Positions 62,148-64,000 of a stretch of 64,000 bases of DNA are shown here, in pieces; the stretch's first letter is position 1; every line of letters starts with the position of its first letter. The stretch spans positions 21,646 through 85,645 of the forward strand of contig BTVI01000011.1 of assembly GCA_045862955.1 (NCBI GenBank). Direction: 5' to 3'. A program made the position numbers and the translations under genes. The stretch comes from Fimbriimonadales bacterium (GTDB taxonomy: Bacteria; Armatimonadota; Fimbriimonadia; Fimbriimonadales; JABRVX01). Under the pieces are notes generated by a model. The model was not told the DNA's origin and searched no databases. It saw only the letters and a program-made list of their open reading frames with translations.

Positions 62148-62634
62148 CCTCAAGAGCAAGATCGTATCGCCTCAGGAGGTGCACTCGCTTGCCGACCGGC
62201 TGCGGGCCGAGCGCAAGGAAGTCGTATTCACCAACGGCTGCTTCGACCTTCTGCACACCGGTCACGTGTGCTACCTAGCCGAAGCTAGGTTGCTCGGCGA
62301 CTTCCTGATCGTGGGTGTCAACTCGGACGCATCCGTACGCGCAATCAAGGGCCCGAACCGCCCGTTCCTACCACTCGAAGACCGCCTTACGATGATTGCC
62401 GCTCTGGAGTCGGTCGATGCGGTGACCTGGTTCGAGGAGCCGACGCCCGACCTCCTCATCCGGGCTATCCGGCCTTCCATCCACGCGAAAGGCGGTGACT
62501 ACCGGATGGAGGACCTGGGTGAGGCCGAGTTGGTGCGCCAGCTAGGCGGTCGCGTTGTCGTTCTATCTCTGGTCGAGGGAAGGTCCACCTCGTGGCTTCT
62601 GGAGCACATCGGGCGGCGGCTGTCCGGTAAGTGA
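62137..62634 (+). CDS. rfaE2: D-glycero-beta-D-manno-heptose 1-phosphate adenylyltransferase
   Basis: FTNGCFDLLHTGH, VNSDASV..IKGPNRP, KGGDY, GRSTS. Confidence 0.92.
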   Translation: MPRDLKSKIVSPQEVHSLADRLRAERKEVVFTNGCFDLLHTGHVCYLAEARLLGDFLIVGVNSDASVRAIKGPNRPFLPLEDRLTMIAALESVDAVTWFEEPTPDLLIRAIRPSIHAKGGDYRMEDLGEAELVRQLGGRVVVLSLVEGRSTSWLLEHIGRRLSGK

Positions 62635-63288
62635 TGCTAGCTCCTCTCCGATTCGCTGCACGATGGTCTCAATGCTGGGTGGCCCGTCCTCGCCCTCGAA
62701 GGCAATGGGGTGTCCGAACCGGATCGTGACCGGCCCGTAGGCCTTTCGCGGTCGCAGCGAGCCGTATCGAAGGATCTGGTTCGTCCCGACGATTCCTGCG
62801 CACACGCACGTCGCGCCCGTTCTGCGCAGAATCATCGCCGCGCCCGGAAGAATGGGCAGCAGCTTGCCGCTTTGCGAGCACTCCCCCTCCGGGAAGATGA
62901 TCACGCATTCACCCCGCAGCAGTAGCTCCTCCGCGCGCCGGAGGGCCCGGCGGTCCGGGGCGCCTCTCCGCACCGGGATGCTGCGGTAGAGCCGCACTAC
63001 TAGCCCGATTGCTCCCATGCCGAACAGCTCTTCTTTTGCCAGGAACCAAGCGGGGCGTGGTACGGCATGAAACATTGCGGGAGGGTCGGCATCCGAGATG
63101 TGGTTAGCGCACACTAACAGCGGGCCGCGTCGCGGCACGTGCTCGCGGCCCTCGACCCGGAGCGGTCCGAACACGCGGAACACCAGCGTGGTGAGCAGCT
63201 TGCCGAAGGGGTAGAGCACCGCACGAAACAACACGTGCGAAAGACCGGCCCTGAAGCGCGCGCCCGGCTTCGACGATGCTAGCTCCAC
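62563..63288 (-). CDS. 1-acyl-sn-glycerol-3-phosphate acyltransferase family (PlsC-like)
   Basis: NHISDADP, AKEEL, IFPEG; start estimated at GTG 63288. Confidence 0.85.
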   Translation of the reverse strand: MELASSKPGARFRAGLSHVLFRAVLYPFGKLLTTLVFRVFGPLRVEGREHVPRRGPLLVCANHISDADPPAMFHAVPRPAWFLAKEELFGMGAIGLVVRLYRSIPVRRGAPDRRALRRAEELLLRGECVIIFPEGECSQSGKLLPILPGAAMILRRTGATCVCAGIVGTNQILRYGSLRPRKAYGPVTIRFGHPIAFEGEDGPPSIETIVQRIGEELASLTGQPPPDVLQKPRGGPSLDQR

Positions 63289-63296
63289 AACCCCTA

Positions 63297-64000
63297 CTAG
63301 TAGTTGGTCGGCTGGTGTGGGAAGCGATGGGACGTTCGAATCCGTCGGATAGTGCCCGACCTCGAACGCATGACGATGGACTCGGTGGTGGCGCCACGCC
63401 TCGAGTATTTTACTCCCCGCATCATCGGCCCGTCGGTTACGCCGGTCGCGCAGAAAAGCACGTCTCCCTCGGCGAGGTCGGTCACCGAGAAGATGCGGTC
63501 GGGATCGCCCCCCAACATCTGCCTCGTGCGCTCCCGTTCCTCTTCGTTCCGAAACACGAACCTGGCCTGCATGTCTCCTCCCATGCTTCTCACGGCGCAG
63601 GCGCTGATCACCCCCTCCGGCGCGCCTCCGATACCCATCAGCGCATCCACACCCGACTGTTCGTCGCACGCCGCGATCGCGAGAGAGAGGTCGCCGTCGC
63701 TTACCAACATCACGCGCGCTCCACAGGCCCGAAGCTCTTCGATCAGCTCTTTATGGCGTTCGCGATCCAGCACCCCTACGGTCACCTCGTGCACGTCTTT
63801 GCCGAGGCACTTCGAAAGCACCTTGACCGTCACGCGCGGCGGCAGCGTCATGTCTATCGCACCGGCAGCTTCGGGACCGACCACCAGCTTGTCCATATAG
63901 ATGTCCGGGGCGTGCATGAGCCTGCCTTTGCCCTCGATGGCCGCACCGATTACGCTGATCGCGTTTGGCGTGCCGTTCGCACACAGGTTCGTGCCCTCTA
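63297..64000 (-). CDS. glpX: Class II fructose-1,6-bisphosphatase; 5' end outside the window
   Basis: APDIYMDKL, LDRERH, DGD, GIGGAPEGV, ATGVTDG. Confidence 0.93.
   Translation of the reverse strand, partial: EGTNLCANGTPNAISVIGAAIEGKGRLMHAPDIYMDKLVVGPEAAGAIDMTLPPRVTVKVLSKCLGKDVHEVTVGVLDRERHKELIEELRACGARVMLVSDGDLSLAIAACDEQSGVDALMGIGGAPEGVISACAVRSMGGDMQARFVFRNEEERERTRQMLGGDPDRIFSVTDLAEGDVLFCATGVTDGPMMRGVKYSRRGATTESIVMRSRSGTIRRIRTSHRFPHQPTNY

Noticed and set aside
62563..62634. 72-nt convergent overlap of rfaE2 and the plsC-like gene as an antisense system
   Set aside because: Short 3' overlaps of convergent genes are common in GC-rich genomes; nothing else supports regulation.
1..64000. CRISPR array, tRNA/rRNA, IS element or prophage
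   Set aside because: No regularly spaced repeats, cloverleafs, transposase, integrase or phage genes seen by eye; a short ncRNA could have been missed.

Overview
A GC-rich bacterial chromosomal window with no rRNA, tRNA, CRISPR array, transposase or integrase that I can recognise. PEP-CTERM tails, a C-terminal dockerin-like repeat, LPS genes and tandem PilT ATPases suggest Armatimonadota, but this is inference only. 1-18 kb is a redox island: a 2-oxoacid:ferredoxin oxidoreductase (alpha plus a gamma/delta fusion) and a 2x[4Fe-4S] ferredoxin are divergent from an 11-subunit complex I (nuoABCDHIJKLMN, no nuoEFG), followed by a CNNM/HlyC protein, korBA and an ACT-domain malic enzyme. Rex-like palindromes occur in three divergent promoters. 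18-30 kb is accessory: a GH36-like secreted enzyme, an ~860-aa ORFan, uvrC, a second ACT-malic enzyme, and a decayed PEP-CTERM beta-propeller gene bracketed by a duplicated malic-enzyme 3' end. 30-51 kb holds rimM-khpA-rpsP-ffh, two GH78 rhamnosidases, carB, a dead MNT-HEPN pair, an HAO-family octaheme cytochrome with a candidate upstream sRNA, glycosyltransferases and two PilT ATPases. 51.5-55 kb is the best novel-system candidate: a CarH-like B12 photoreceptor with a CarH-type 11-bp-repeat operator over a perfect sigma70 promoter driving DUF378, two fasciclins and possibly an aldehyde reductase, rather than carotenoid genes. 55-64 kb holds a phosphomutase, an AlkP-family protein, a HemJ-like protein, LPS core/lipid A genes, a PlsC-like gene and partial glpX. 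Start sites were adjusted by eye. All family calls come from motif recognition, not database searches.
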